Assembly (NCBI RefSeq): GCF_018977255.1
Contig: NW_024704743.1
Location: 65,598,001-65,662,000 of the forward strand
Direction of reading: 5' to 3'
Origin: Callorhinchus milii
Taxonomy: Eukaryota
Length of the DNA stretch: 64,000 nt
The notes beneath the pieces were generated by a model. It was not told the DNA's origin. It searched no databases and worked only from the letters and a program-made list of their open reading frames with translations. The position numbers and the translations under genes are program-made. How positions within the stretch are numbered: the stretch's first letter is position 1; each line of letters opens with the position of its first letter. This document shows, piece by piece, positions 1-13,465 of the stretch.

Positions 1-162
1 TTCAATCCGCGACTGTTTGGGGGACACTGCTGTGCGCAATTGGCTGCCGCATTTCGCCTACAAATATACGGTCAATTCACTTTACAGTCTATTCTGTGAA
101 GTGCTTTGAGACATCGAGAAGACGTGAAAAAATGCTATATCAAATGCAAGGATTATTATTAT
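1..162 (+). mobile_element. 3' half of tRNA-derived SINE with (ATT)n tail, truncated by window edge
   Basis: Matches the 3' half of the full copies (gctgtgcgcaattggctgccgc...tatcaaatgcaaggattattatt). Confidence 0.85.
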
Positions 163-163
163 A

Positions 164-836
164 AGTGGCCATTGGTCATGGTGAGCCTTGGCAGTGTGTT
201 CTCTCCCCCACCTGAGTGTCACACACATGCACAACCAATAGTGGGACAGGATTACGAGGAGCCATTAAATAAACTGGACATGTTCACCCTGGAGAAGAGA
301 AGGTTAAATCTTTAAGATTCTGAAGGGAATAGGTAATGTAGACCATTATAAGCTGTTTTGTTGCGTACTGAACAGTAGAACCAGAGGACATGGCCTATGA
401 TTGAAGGGGGGTAACTTCAGAACAAATCTACGGAAATATTACTTCAGTGAGCGAGTAGTAAACTTATAGAACAGGCTCCCTAGGGAGACAGTGGAAGCAC
501 AAAATGTTGTTTGTTTCACGAACAAATTAGATAGATTTCTGCTAGAAAATAATATCTTGGGATACAGTATATAGTTTGGGACACGACATGTCAAGCGACT
601 GCCAGGATGGTAGAAGGTGAACCAGATGGACCTTGGTCTTGTTTTGCCTAGAAAATTCTTATGTCTTGAAGAGGATCGAGGAGCAGAAATCCTGTCTTGT
701 TTTCCCTCCCCTGACTGAGAAAGCCAGGGCCAATTTAGCTTCCCATTCAACACTGCCTGAGACCAGCAAAATCAGAACAAGTTTTGATCCTGGTCCGTAA
801 ACTGCAGCTCTGTCCACTGCACCACCAGAGTGCCCC
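164..836 (-). mobile_element. Ancient tRNA-derived SINE remnant split by a CR1 fragment
   Basis: 164-240 and 668-836 resemble the copy at 46580-46901 (tggtccgtaaactgcagctctgtcca vs tggtccataaactgcagctctatcca). Confidence 0.5.
245..667 (+). mobile_element. CR1-type LINE 3' fragment
   Basis: Translates DYEEPLNKLDMFTLEKRRL (CR1 ORF2 C-terminus); ends in a ttcttatgtctt tail. Confidence 0.8.
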
Positions 837-1880
837 ATTCCCCAGTTATCTGCTGAAAAATACCCCGTTGTTACATGTGAAATAACACATCAAGAGGTTC
901 AGGTGACAGCACAGTTGTGCTTTATTCCATTGTGCTCTTCTGTTGCTGGTGACTGAACAGGCAGTGACCAGTGCATGGCTCATGGAGCTGAACCATGTGA
1001 CTCCACCCAAGTTTTATGATGACACTTGATCTGAACCTCAGTGATGTTGGGCTATATTCCATAAACATCCTCAGCTGCTATTGATGTATTTTCATATCAA
1101 TACAACATGGGCCTCGTTTTCCAGCACATTATAGTTACATTGAAGTTAAAACACTAAAGATGTGACCAGAAATGCCTAGACTGTAAGTATCGAATAGTAT
1201 AACAGGTAAATCTCTGCAAAGTCACAGAACAGAGGTTAGAATGGATGCTGCTAAAAATCTTATTAGCCCAGCCTCAGAAGGCTAGAAAGGGATGTTGGGT
1301 GTCTCTAGGCTATTGACAGTCAATCACAGCATCACATCAGACTCGTTCAGAAAAACGGACAGCCCTACTTAAGTATGATTCCTGTTTTGATTTCGGTCTC
1401 AGTAATCCTAAGAATATTGTAGTATCTCTGACATGGCTTGTCACTGCTGCATGTAATTTGCTTGAAGGGATTTAAAAACGTATTCAAAAGCAACTTAAGT
1501 ATGTTTAATGTGAGTGATGGTTATTCTTCATTAAAACCCAGTAGGGAACGTAGCCTTGGGATGATTAATTTGCGACAATATTAGCTGTATTTTTAGGGTT
1601 AACATTTTAATTGAATGGAAAACAACAATTCACACTGGTGAATTCCTTATTTAAGCAGCAACTTGTAGCTGTCAGTTTATTGTTGGAATTTCGCTAAGTG
1701 CTGATTTGAGGTTAGGCTACAAAGGGCAATTTGCTGTCTGTCTATGAATAACACATGAGATCATTCTGAACTTCACTGCAATGTCACAATATTCGTCTAC
1801 ATCCGGTATGTACCTTGTGGCAAACCTTAATGATTCAGCAACGATTCACTGCTGAATAAGATTTTTGCACTGTGCTGTGC

Positions 1881-1990
1881 TTTTTTNCGGTAAGCCAAGT
1901 GTCTAATATGTGCGGAAACCCATCTCCATGCTTAAGAGTATCCAAACCAAACTGAGAATTCCATGGATCCCACCTACACACGGAAATTTC
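1881..1990 (-). mobile_element. 3' terminal fragment of unnamed A-tailed retroposon family
   Basis: catgcttaagagtatccaaacc motif shared with 15464-15729 and with the reverse complement of 39200-39280; T-run at the tail end. Confidence 0.6.
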
Positions 1991-3084
1991 TTATAATGCA
2001 GTTACAACTTGGACATTTTTGTGAGACAACGTGGCTAATTTAAATGTGAATTAATAAACATTGAATACAAAAGTTAAAATCTGAGCTTTAAAAAGAATAC
2101 TGAAACCTAAAGTGTCTCATGGTCTTAAGACTTAAGTCTTAAGCCCTACAATTTTAGGTCCTGCAGAATTTTGGAAAGTGTTCATTCCAGTTTTAATTTG
2201 GATTTCCACCCATCTACATAATAACATAATAAGAAAGTTTCAAAATTCTACACTGCCTAAACTTTCACAGGAAGACTTGGAATGATACCGGAGGGCATCT
2301 GGTGGCTGTGAAGCATGAGACGATATCTTCAAATTCAACGTGTGGGGGTGGGTGGGGAAGTGGGGGTTGGGTGGGGAATGGGTGGGAGAGAGGAATGGGG
2401 TTCAGTGTTTCCATCCCAGTCTCTACTCCCATCTGCTTTACATAGCCTCACTAGTTAAAAAAAATTAAATTGAATTCTTTGCATTTGATACAGCAAATTA
2501 TCAAGTGAGGAGGGTGCCCCAAAGCACTTCACATGATTTACTGTAAAATGTAGTGACCGTGTATTTTGCATCTGTTGTAGTCTTGCGTGTACACACACAC
2601 GCCAAACACAAACACACCCAGTTGTTCACACGCAATGATCGCACCTTAACCATATCTAAATCCTGGCATAAACAAAGTCTGCATTGACACAGAATAAATG
2701 GTGGCCTGTCCCTTTAGTCACCGGTTCACATTCTCCACATAGTTCAACATGTATGTTTTTCTTTGCCACAAAGAAATGTTGAAACCGCATTGTAGTTTTT
2801 CTCCAACCTTCTGGGACAAAATGAGAGGTCTGTTTCCAAAATAGAACATTCAATTAGTGGTTGTCTGTGCGACATTGCAATGTAAGTGTTGTAAGAGGTG
2901 GGCACTGGTCTGCTTCGTTTGCACCACTAGTTTACTCGTGTTTACTCCTATGTCTGGTTGTGATAAGAATCCTAAACATTTAACACCAGAAATGAAAAGC
3001 TGCACATTTTTCTGGCATCTTTAATGAACACGTATGGTCGGAACTTTGGAAGCAAGCCGCAAGATTTATAAATAAAATTCTCAC

Positions 3085-3572
3085 AGTGCCCTGGCTAATA
3101 ATCCCCCAAATAAAATTGGTCATTCACTCCATGGCTGTTTGTGAGACATTGCTGTGCACAAATTACCAGCTGGTTCACCCACCTTACAACATACACTTAA
3201 CATTCTGCGTATTTTCTGTATATTCTGTGAAGTGCTTTGAGATATCCTATTGACATGAAAGGTACTATACCAAATATAAGGCTATACAAAATATTTATTA
3301 TTGTTATTATTATGAAACAATCATAACTTTTGTCATGTCAGAATGCTGAGGTGCACTAGACCATGAAGAAATGTGAGCCATAGAGGACACATACTGAATG
3401 GGGCCTCGGTTTAATGTCTCATCTGAAGGATGACACATCTATCAATGCAGCACACCCTTAGCACTGAATTGGAGTGCTAGTTCAGATAATATAAATTCTA
3501 AGTCCTATTGTAGAGCTTGAACCCGCAACCTTCTTATTCAAAGGCAAGAATGTTACCAACAGAGCCAATCTG
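3085..3572. mobile_element. Two old Deu-domain-type SINE fragments (3085-3312 on +, 3395-3572 on -)
   Basis: gctgtttgtgagacattgctgtgcacaaatt body with (ATT)n tail; ggcctcggtttaatgtctcatctgaagga is the reverse of the Deu-type core. Confidence 0.65.
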
Positions 3573-4243
3573 ATCATCATTTAATGAATTTAAGATCATT
3601 ATTGTACATGTTGTTGCCTGCCCTGGCAACAATTAATACTTATAAACACATGCCTTGCTCCCTATGCTATAAAGTTACAAACCAAGACGGAATAGGCTTT
3701 ATCTGTAAATTGGCACGAAGAGGTATCATTTAATTAAGAAACCAGATCTGCCGAGGGATTGATGGATCATGTGATTTATTCATGTAACTTTTAAGATGCC
3801 CATTCCGAAGAAGTAAATGTAAGTGAGCAGCTTTATGGTACAGTATTCTCTGTGGCAGTTGTGTCAATTATTGTCATTTTCTGGAGCTAGATTACATCTT
3901 TCTTTAGAATTTAACAACAACAACAAATTGCACTTATATAGCACCCTCCACGCAGGTTAGCGTCTCAGAGTGCTCAGAATAACCTAATATGATCATCCGT
4001 ACCAGTCAAAGCAACCGCATGCACAATGGGAGAGAATCTCACACCCTGCCTTTCCTTGGTGGGGGGGGGAAGTGCAAAAGCTTTTTATTTATTGAGTCAT
4101 AACATGCAAAATCATTTGGGTGATATAATGAAGCAATCAAGAAAACTGTGGGGAGAGATAGGGGTACATACATTTTAGTTTTGTAATAATAATTATTGAC
4201 GTTGATATTGCATGTTAAACATGAAGAAATTCATTGGTTCCAG

Positions 4244-4373
4244 GTCAAGTGCTACCACAAGAAGTACCGCTCAGCCACACGGGATGTTATATTCCGGCTT
4301 CAGTTTCACACAGGTGCGATTCAGGGGTTTGGATTTGTTTTTGGGAAGGAAGACCTCGACAATGCCAACAAAG
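4244..4373 (+). CDS. TNS3: Tensin-3 coding exon, C2 (PTEN-type) domain: [43 protein letters not shown]
   Basis: Acceptor ttccag|, donor AAG|gtaggt; 130 nt, phase 0 to 1; peptide nearly identical to the recalled human TNS3 C2-domain sequence. Confidence 0.95.
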
Positions 4374-5322
4374 GTAGGTTGGTTGATCCTCTTAAGCTTT
4401 TGTTGATTTTAACTAAATTCAATAACAGCCAGTAAATCGAATGGTTTTGCTCTGTTGCGGAATTAGTTTATCTTTGCACTCACTAATCTGAATTACTTTC
4501 TGCTTCCATTCTGAAACAAGTACATGAGAATGTTTACTTCTCATGCATGAATGGGTAGAGAACATTGTTTGGTGGACTGATGGCATTGTGCCACACTGCG
4601 TTGGCACCAAATGATTACAAAATGTGGTAGGACATGGAAACAAGCCACAATTTCCATTATAGTTGCACAACAAGGACTTGGAGGGAGAATGTTGCAACAT
4701 TGCTAACCATTAGGAAAAATAGTAGTCTTCAGATCATTGACGTAATGTATTTGTATCCCACAACAACATAACTTCACATTGAGGAAGGTTAATTTCTCAC
4801 TTGAATCACTTTGTTCTACCCTCAAAAAAAATCAAAAAGATACAACTATATTAATAATCCTTGCAATTTGTATAGCTCCTTATCACATCAAAAGCCTCAA
4901 AAAGTGCTTCACAGTCATTACTGTAAAGTGTATTTGTAGATGAACTATGTATTTGTAGATGAGTGTTTTATCAAAAAAAATGATTGTACTAGTTCGCCTA
5001 CAAAATAAATAGTCTGTACACTTTACAGTAAATCCTGTGAAGCCCTTTGAGACACTCTCCTGATATGAAAGGTGCTGTACCTAATGCAAATACTATTATT
5101 TATTTTATTTATTTATTCAACACTATATTGCAGACTGCAGTTCAGAGACATCATGAACTGGGAGTAAGGGCTGAGAATTGTATGAACTTAAATTTGAACA
5201 ATGTTGTTCAGCTATTGTTTTCCTTTAATATTTCCCAAACTCCAATTTAAATGATGATATGGATTTAGACAGAAAATTTCCATTTCTTCAATAAGCATTT
5301 AATTTTACACTGTGCTTGGCAG

Positions 5323-5388
5323 ATGACCGATTTCCTGACTATGGGAAGATTGAATTGGTATTTTCAGCCAGTCCAGAGAAAATACAAG
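5323..5388 (+). CDS. TNS3: Tensin-3 coding exon, end of C2 domain: [22 protein letters not shown]
   Basis: ttggcag| acceptor, AAG|gtatgt donor; 66 nt, phase 1-1; matches TNS3 [22 protein letters not shown]; too short for the ORF track. Confidence 0.95.
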
Positions 5389-6313
5389 GTATGTACAATT
5401 AGCATCGAAGAACCTTTTTTCTTAGCAATTACCAGGTGGGAAGGTCGAATTCCAAAATGCAAGAGGGAAGAATAAATCAATGACTTCAATGGCATAGGTC
5501 AGTCACCATGTGTGATATGCACCATATATAATGCATAAATGTAGAGGGAATTGCATGCTTCCTTAAGTATGTTAGAGGCCATGAGCTTCATGAGTCATTT
5601 TAGAATAATCATTTTGAATAGTAAAAAAAAGATCTAAACTTAGATTTGCCTGAAAAAAATCGAAGGAAAGAAATACTCAATTTCTTCACCATCTTAGTAA
5701 AGTATTTATTTAACAATGTGCACTTAACATGCACCTCAGCAGTATTCAATGTTTGGTACTGCAATGTATATTCTTGTTTATTTTAGATATCTACTCGACG
5801 GTGTATTTTTATTCCACTTATGCTAATGAGATTTACATCATTTACGCAGCCATAAGAAGGTTGTTGCTGATCAGGCTTTCTATCTTCGTGTCATACTTCA
5901 TCCGGCTTTCCTGCTTTAGTTTCACACTGGAAGTATCTTTATGTTGTAATCTAGTGCCATTGGAATTTCAGCGGTAGTTGCACAAAAATATTTCACCTAA
6001 GACTAAGTCTCTTTGAGGGGACGCTCATTCTAACGATGTGTGTTGGATGCAGATTGGTCTGATTTCTAAACCACAATAATAAAAGGGTGCAGTTAAACAT
6101 ACTTGTAACCAGAGCATCCATGGATTTGACCTTAGCAGCTGTTGGGAACGCTTTCTCTGACCAGGAGCTTTCCTTCCATACTCTTCTCATTTGCAAGTGG
6201 GTTTTACCTTCAATACATTGCAGCAAAAAGGATGTGAAAGATAGTTTGTTCAATGTCTTTACTCGACATTTTTAAAACTTTGATATTTAAAATAGTGGAA
6301 TAAATTAGAATGA

Positions 6314-6520
6314 AACAACAACTTGCATTCATATAGTGCTCTTCACATGGGATAGCAACTTGGAGCGCTTACAACAGCAACTTGCTCTTATATAGCATCC
6401 TCCACGCCAGGTGGTGTTTCAGAGCGCTTAATAGTGGCGGAGCTTCGTGCGGAGCCGTGGAGAGAGGGTAGGTGACTGCAGGCATGTTAAAAGAGGAAGG
6501 GCTTCAGATTCGATCTAAAA
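6314..6520 (-). mobile_element. Stacked L2 LINE 3' ends
   Basis: Two consecutive (AAC)n-ttgc-tatatagc...gagcgctt tail units followed by reverse L2 3' sequence. Confidence 0.6.
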
Positions 6521-6739
6521 TGGGCAAGAAGCGCCCAAGAATAGGGGGAACGGCAACCAAAAAGTGGAATATTTAAGGGTATATTTGAAAGGACCTTAAA
6601 ATGCAGTGTCTAGGAGTGGAAATAGCAGGTTAATATCAAAGCATAAAGTATTTGGAGATATAAATTATCATAATATATATGCATTAGTTTCAAAATGTGC
6701 AAGCAAAGGAATGAGAATAGAAAGTATATTTAAGGAAAG

Positions 6740-6885
6740 ATAAAAGGAAGTGACTCGCAGAAGAACAATAAAGATAATTTCCGGGTTATCAATCGAACAT
6801 TACAATCTACATTGGAAATAACGATAAAAGAAGCAAAGCAAAAGTGGTTCCAAAATGAAAGCAAGATGTTCAGAGAATTTGATGA
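6740..6885 (+). mobile_element. Possible highly decayed RTE-like LINE ORF fragment
   Basis: Frame reads NFRVINRTLQSTLEITIKEAKQKWFQNE, reminiscent of the endonuclease-RT linker of RTE-type LINEs; weak. Confidence 0.3.
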
Positions 6886-7486
6886 ACAAGGTTGGACTGT
6901 ATACAGTGTGGGATGCTGTGTTGCATCTCTGTGAGAATTGTAAGTGATCGTCCTTCACTTTTCCAGTGCAGTGTTTGTTGTCTCTGATGTTGTTTTACAA
7001 GGAATAACTTAAAAACTGATGGAAATGGAGAGCTAACAGTATGCAACAAGTAACCCTTCATTACTTTCAAAAATAAACTTGGGTCAGATGGAAACAGTCA
7101 GATTTGTTTGGGTTAAACATAATTATAGAGACTTCAGAGTTAAATTGTACATCTTGAAAGTTCTATTCTTACTGGATGCAAATGGTACAAGCCACAAATG
7201 TGAGTATTCCAGAGTTAGATACTTGATTCAAGATTACTTAATTCATCCTTCGTTCAAACTTTAAGATCTTTCTCAATTCTGTCCATCTGGAAATGAGCTT
7301 TGGAAAGGGACTCGCCATGGACGGAGGGCACAGCTCTTTATATCTTCAACAGAATAATGTACAATCAATCTATTAGCTGGGGTAAGATTGTTATTTCTGT
7401 ATATATTATTGTTCAGTATATGCTTCTTCTGAGAATGTGAAGCCCATTGAAGGGTAAATATGATGCAGACTTCTGTTCTTTTACAG

Positions 7487-7591
7487 GGTCTGAGCACCTT
7501 CAGAATGATCATGGCGTGACTGTGGATTACAATACTGCCGATCCACTGATACGATGGGACTCGTATGAAACCGTCAGTGTTGATGGGGAAG
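7487..7591 (+). CDS. TNS3: Tensin-3 coding exon: [35 protein letters not shown]
   Basis: ttttacag| acceptor, AAG|gtaaga donor; 105 nt, phase 1-1; tensin hallmark [14 protein letters not shown]. Confidence 0.95.
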
Positions 7592-8164
7592 GTAAGATTT
7601 ATTTACATTTAATCTTAAGTGAATAATCATGTAGATATTTAATTTTAGTGGATGTAAAACATATATGAGCTATCAAGAATAATGGTCTATTCCAACCGCA
7701 TGAGTGTGCAAACTAAGTCCAACATTCACTATTATAAGGAAACCTTTTACTAGCAGAAGCACATGGAGAGGTCATATTTGCAGCCAATATAATATTCATT
7801 CCATTGAATATCACTGTTCTCAATAGTGAAGTTGGATCACAGCCTTTGACTTCTCAGGGGGATGCCTTGTTTTTATTAAACAGAAAATACAAAAAGGTGA
7901 TATCCTATGAACTGGCACTTGAAGATCGCAATGCGTGAGCTGGAAGTCGAACACTTTGAACCTGACTTCACCAATGATAACTGTGTTGGGTGCGATTTAT
8001 CTCCAGCCATTCAATAACATGTGTACTGGGTAGACCACCAATTTGACTCAAATGTGGGTTAGACCTCAGGATGGTGTTAGGTACAGTTCCAACGATCTTT
8101 TCAGTCACCAGATCCCATGTTATACTTGACATGTTATACATTTTGGCAGATGATCGTCTTGCAG

Positions 8165-8635
8165 TTCCCCATCTCCCCCACTCTCGCCCGACTCCACTGG
8201 CTCCCTATCCTTCAGAGGATCCATTTCAAGATCCTTGTCATCACATACAAAGCCCTCCATGGCCTTGCCCCACCCTACCTCTGTGACCTCCTAACCCCCT
8301 ACCAACCTGCCCGTTCCCTCCGCTCAGCCGGCTCTGGCCTGCTCCATGTCCCCCGACCCACCCGCCCCACCATTGGTGGGAGTGCCTTCAGCCACTCTGC
8401 CCCCAACCTCTGGAATTCCATTGCCCAGTCACTCCGTCTCGCCCCCTCCTTAGCCTCCTTCAAGTCCCGTCTCAAGACCCTCCTCTTCGACCATGCCATC
8501 TGCCACCCCACCTTCCCCTCCCCTCCCACCTCCTCCTGACCCCAGCTTGGGTCTGAAATGCTGTACTCTGTCCAGCGCCTTGGGATGTCCTCCCGATGTG
8601 AAAGGCATTATACAAATGTAATCTTGTTGTTGTTG
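8165..8635 (+). mobile_element. L2 LINE 3' fragment with (TTG)n tail
   Basis: ORF PISPTLARLHWLPILQRIHFKILVITYKALHGLAPPYLCDLL...SFKSRLKTLLF is the typical L2 ORF2 C-terminus. Confidence 0.9.
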
Positions 8636-9897
8636 CAGTTATTAAAGAAAATGAAGCCTAAATGACCTCTTTAATACATCACGCGACAACAGCACATTAG
8701 TGAAAATGAACACGAAAGGAAAGACTATAAGATAAGATAATGAACAGGTTGGGTATTTAGACTTTGGTCCTAAATTAGTAACAAAGTTCAGTCATGCCAG
8801 CTTCAAGAGGGAGCACCACAGACCTAGTGACTTCAACCAAAACAAAAAGGGAATGCAAACAGAAATTAGAACAAGTCGGATGTTGAGAGTGGACTGTGTC
8901 CAGAGAACCTGAAAGCTGGAAGACTAGATATTCACAGGTATTACACAATGCCAATAGAGATGCAGGAGTGGCCTTGGGCCCTTTCTGGTTCAGCAATTTA
9001 ATTTACCCCAACGGTTTTTCGGTTGACTGTCTGTATTGAACAATATTCCAATCAATATTTTAAGAAGGAAGAGGGATTATTCAGTGAATGTATATTTTAT
9101 GAAAGTATGTGGTCCTGAACCTCTTATCCCAAAGTGACTCCTTTCAAAAGGACATCTTTTTATATGATTATTTTAAATATCTTGCTTAAATCTGAATTGC
9201 AAACGTAATAAAATGACACCAGGTGCAGGAGAGACCAAATAATTTATGATATGATAATAAGTCCACTGTTGTAAGGAAGTTGCGGAGGACATCTGAACCC
9301 AATGAGGACAGAATAAATAGAGATTATCCAATGGCTTTTCTCTCCCGAATCCAGGACACTGGGATTAATGTTAGCACTCCCTCTGCTGCCCTGATTCAGA
9401 TAAAAATAATCTTTGCATTTGATATAGCGCCTTATCATGTCTTCGAGGCCTCTCTTAAGCACTTCACAGAATATACTGTAAAGTTAATTGACTGTATATT
9501 TTGTGGGTGAAACGCAACACAGACCAGGAATGAAACCTGAGGCTTTCTTGGTTTATATGGCTCAAGATATACCAACAACAATAGTATCCACTGAAATCAA
9601 GCAGTCTTAGTTCAACTTGATTAGTACGGATCAGTCACTCTATGTAGTGATTTTTCTAATGATCCGATGTGGTGAAGGGTCTTAACTCTTTTTTGATACA
9701 AAGGAACCCAATTCTCCAAGTCATGTTTGTATCTCATTGTTGTCATGTTCTCTCATGTATTACCATGGAGATCCAGTATAATGTAGTAATTGATGTCCTT
9801 AAAATCCCAAACAGCACTATAACTGGGATTGATAGTCAGTGTTTTCTCATTCACTGTACAAGCAAGCAAAATGCTGACAAGCTCTATTTCTCTTCTA

Positions 9898-10085
9898 TTC
9901 TCTTTGACCGTGCCTTCAGCTCCCCTCTCGACTCTCTTCCTCCTCCTCGCTCCCTCCCTTCCCTCCCCTCACCCTGACCATTTCCCCCCTGCTCGGGTCA
10001 TGACCCAACTGTGCAGCGCCTTGGTACGTGCTCCTGACGTGAAAGGCGCTCTATAAATGGAATCTTGTTGTTGTTGTTGTTGTTG
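9898..10085 (+). mobile_element. Short young L2 3' end
   Basis: ctctttgaccgtgccttcagc...cgtgaaaggcgctctataaatggaatc(ttg)n. Confidence 0.85.
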
Positions 10086-10149
10086 ATTTGCCATACAAAA
10101 CAGCAGCTGTGTACTGACAAACGAATGTTGGAATTGAATTGATTCTCTA

Positions 10150-10380
10150 TGGTGGTCTCAGTAGTCTGGTTCCTAAGCCAGGCAGATCTGAAGTACTTCA
10201 AGACTTGGGAGGGGCTGACTGATCACTGGGGGAAGGGATTCTTCCCACTCAGCTCCTGTTAACCCTGCAAGCCAAACCCCTAACAGGAAGGGTTGTTCTA
10301 GCTGGACAAGCAGCAGGAAGATTGCCAGTGTTCGCAGTGGTAAACTGCATGGTTTTAACTGATCAGATACATAGCTCACT
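10150..10380 (+). mobile_element. Internal fragment of unnamed retroposon family
   Basis: ctcctgttaaccctgcaagccaaa shared exactly with 38921-38944; flanks are colinear. Confidence 0.65.
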
Positions 10381-11304
10381 CCCAAAAATACTCCCCCTCA
10401 ACTTGTGCAAACCTGGCTCCAAAAATGGGTCAGGTGTATTGTTCCCATGATTCAGCATCACATCGCTTTTAAAATAAGAAATCCCTTTTAAAAAAAAAAC
10501 GCAAACTTAACCCTTCCATGTAGTCCTCATTCTATTGTTCACTGTGGCCTCCCAGTGTAGTAGAATCCCATTACAACACCCTTCACTATAACACAGATTC
10601 ACATATATTTTTGGGGGGGAGATGGGGGTGTGACCCTGACATTTACCTACCCCAGAAAAACAAAATGCACTGGCTCCATTGGTTCTTCAAAACTCCAGTC
10701 AGTGTGGATCATGATGAGCTGGAAATTGTCTGTTTTCACGACTCTCAAGTCCAGAGTATCTTGGAGTACTGCGGTTCAGGCAACAGACTACTTAGACCAC
10801 CACCGAGTATCATTCTGAAATCCAGGCGTTGTCAGACATACCACCCCATATCATTTTGTCAGCTCAGCTCCAAAGAAACCTTGCTTACTTTCCTCCCTCC
10901 CTCACCTCCAAGGAGGAGTTGGCATTTAGATATATAAGTGTAGGTTTGAGACGTCGCAAGGTTGATAGCAGGAATCAGGAACTCCTTGTGAGTAGCAAAC
11001 TCTGCATTAAATGTATGAGAGCATTGCCATCATTCTCTTGCACAATAAGCAACCATGAATGGAATGACTAATTTTACCTCTACATACCAATCGAGGTAAG
11101 CACTGAGTGCTGGATATATGAACAAATATATAAACTCTGAATATTGACATTGGGTACTGAAAGGAGTAACTCAGATGATTAAATTCCATAGTGAACAATT
11201 AGACAACATCAATGACTACTTGTATTTATATAGTCCTTCATACGGCATAGAGTCTTGGAGCACTGAACAATAGCACAGTTTAACATTGAGCTATAGAAAC
11301 CTAT

Positions 11305-11671
11305 ACGATTATTAAGGGGCACGACAGAATAGATAGTGGGAGGCTTTTTCCCCTGTTTGGAGAAACTATAACCAGGGGTCACAGTCCTAAAATTAGGGGT
11401 AAGCCCTTTCACACCGAGTTGAGGAAAAACTTCTTCACTCAGAGGGTAGTGAATTTATGGAATTCTCTACCCCAAAGGGCTGTAGATGCTCAGTTCTTGA
11501 ACATATTCAAGACTGAGATTGATAGATTTCTTGTAGATAAAGGGATTAAGGAATATGTGGATAAGGCGGGTAGGTGGAGTTAGAATAGATCAGCCATGAT
11601 CTTATTGAATGATGGGGCAGGCTAGAGGGGCCGAATGGACTACTCCTGCTCCTAATTCTTATGTTCTTATG
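11305..11671 (+). mobile_element. CR1 LINE 3' end
   Basis: accaggggtcacagt...ttcttcactcagagggtagtgaatttatggaattctct; tail ttcttatgttcttatg. Confidence 0.85.
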
Positions 11672-11950
11672 AGCTGGGGAGAAAGGGAAGGTGACCATAT
11701 GCATAATTGACGAGGAACATCTTCGGGTGGGTTCTGAAGAGGGAGCAAGGGGGAGGGATTGTAGCAGGGAGTTGCAGAGATTTGGGGTGTAATGGCTGAA
11801 GACATGGCCGCAGATAGAGGGGAGGGGACGAGCTGAATTTGTATCTCAGAAACTGGAATAGAAGGTGTAATGGAAATAGGTGTCTACAGTTTTTTGAATT
11901 TCCTAGTAATTCAGGTGGATTAGACAAATTACTGGAAAAGTAACAATTGA

Positions 11951-12088
<138 letters not shown>

Positions 12089-13198
12089 TAAGGAAATGTG
12101 CAGCATTGTGAAACCGCGAACATGGCCTTTGTAAAGCTGGTTCTCAAACTGCCACACTATCAGCGAGAACTGTGGGGAGCCAAGCTGTGTATTCTGAGGC
12201 TGCGTTGGAACCAGAAATGACTGTTCGTCTAGATGTGTTAATTTACCTCTTTAGGAGGGAAATGCAAAGAACTTGTGGATAAATCTTATTGTGGAAGATG
12301 TGTCCCAGGTTCATATTATTCATGGTCAAAGGTGGATTCACAGCCATAAGTTCGCAGTCATTTAGAGTAATGCTGTAACTTAAAGGGAGGAAAAGGTTCT
12401 ATATATTTGAGGTAATGCAGTTGACACTTAACTCTTCAGCTGATGCTGCTCAAACCTTGCAAGAAATGGGCTGGAGATTTGAGCTCACTTATGTTCAGAA
12501 GTCACCGGTTTACAGCAATTTTTAAAATATTGTCCACCTCGAGCCACAAACTAGGACTTAATCATATTTTTAATATGTACCAATAAAAGATATGACATTT
12601 AAAAATTTCATTTCATAGCTGTCAGGCCAGATCCCAGTGTTAACAAACACATTTGAAGCAGCCTGTCCAACCTCATTGCCAAAAGATGATGTAATGCCAG
12701 AGAAATTTACTGCAGCTCGGTATGAAATTTAAATGTGAGTGCAGTTAATTTTAAAAAACAGAATGCTAATTTGTACAGCGATATAGATATTTAGTGAACT
12801 CTGGCCAAAGGATTGTGTGACGAATAAAGTTCCAATGTACCAAGCCCATCTTGTGTCATTCAGAGAGCTTAATGTAAGCAGAACCTCACAAGCCAGTACA
12901 TTCATTTAGCAAGATTCAACTACATGCCTTTTTATACAAATGTAATATCAACATGTTTCGTCAACTTCTGAAGTTATGGCCAGATTTAAGTGTAGATGAT
13001 TTGTGTTAACTTGTGGTAAAACATGACTATTTTACACACTCCACACTTAATAGATTCTCCGTCATTCATTTCCGTATCTGTCCACAAACTGCAGGAAAAC
13101 AAGAATATTGTACTTTTATATTTATATTTATATTTCCATGCAATGTGCTTTGCTGAAGAAAGAAAGAAGTCATGATTTTGCTGATAAATGACAGTACA

Positions 13199-13376
13199 TT
13201 TCTCTTTGACCGTGCCTGCAGCTCCCCTCTCGACTCTCTACCTCCTCCTCGCTCCCTCCCTTCCCTCCCCTCACCATTTCCCCCCTGCTCGGGTCCTGAC
13301 CCAACTGTACAGTGCCTTGGGACGTCCTCCTGACGTGAAAGGCGCTCAATAAATGGAATCTTGTTGTTGTTGTTGT
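13199..13376 (+). mobile_element. Short young L2 3' end
   Basis: Near-identical to 9898-10085, with a (TTG)n tail. Confidence 0.85.
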
Positions 13377-13465
13377 ACATTTGATCAAAAATCACCTATT
13401 GTACTTTGATGAGTTTAGTTAAAACATTAGTTTCTTGTATGATGCACAAGTAGGATATTGGAGTA

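Noticed and set aside
10700..11200. Possible solo LTR (TATATAA at about 10931)
   Set aside because: No TG...CA termini, TSD or second copy recognisable
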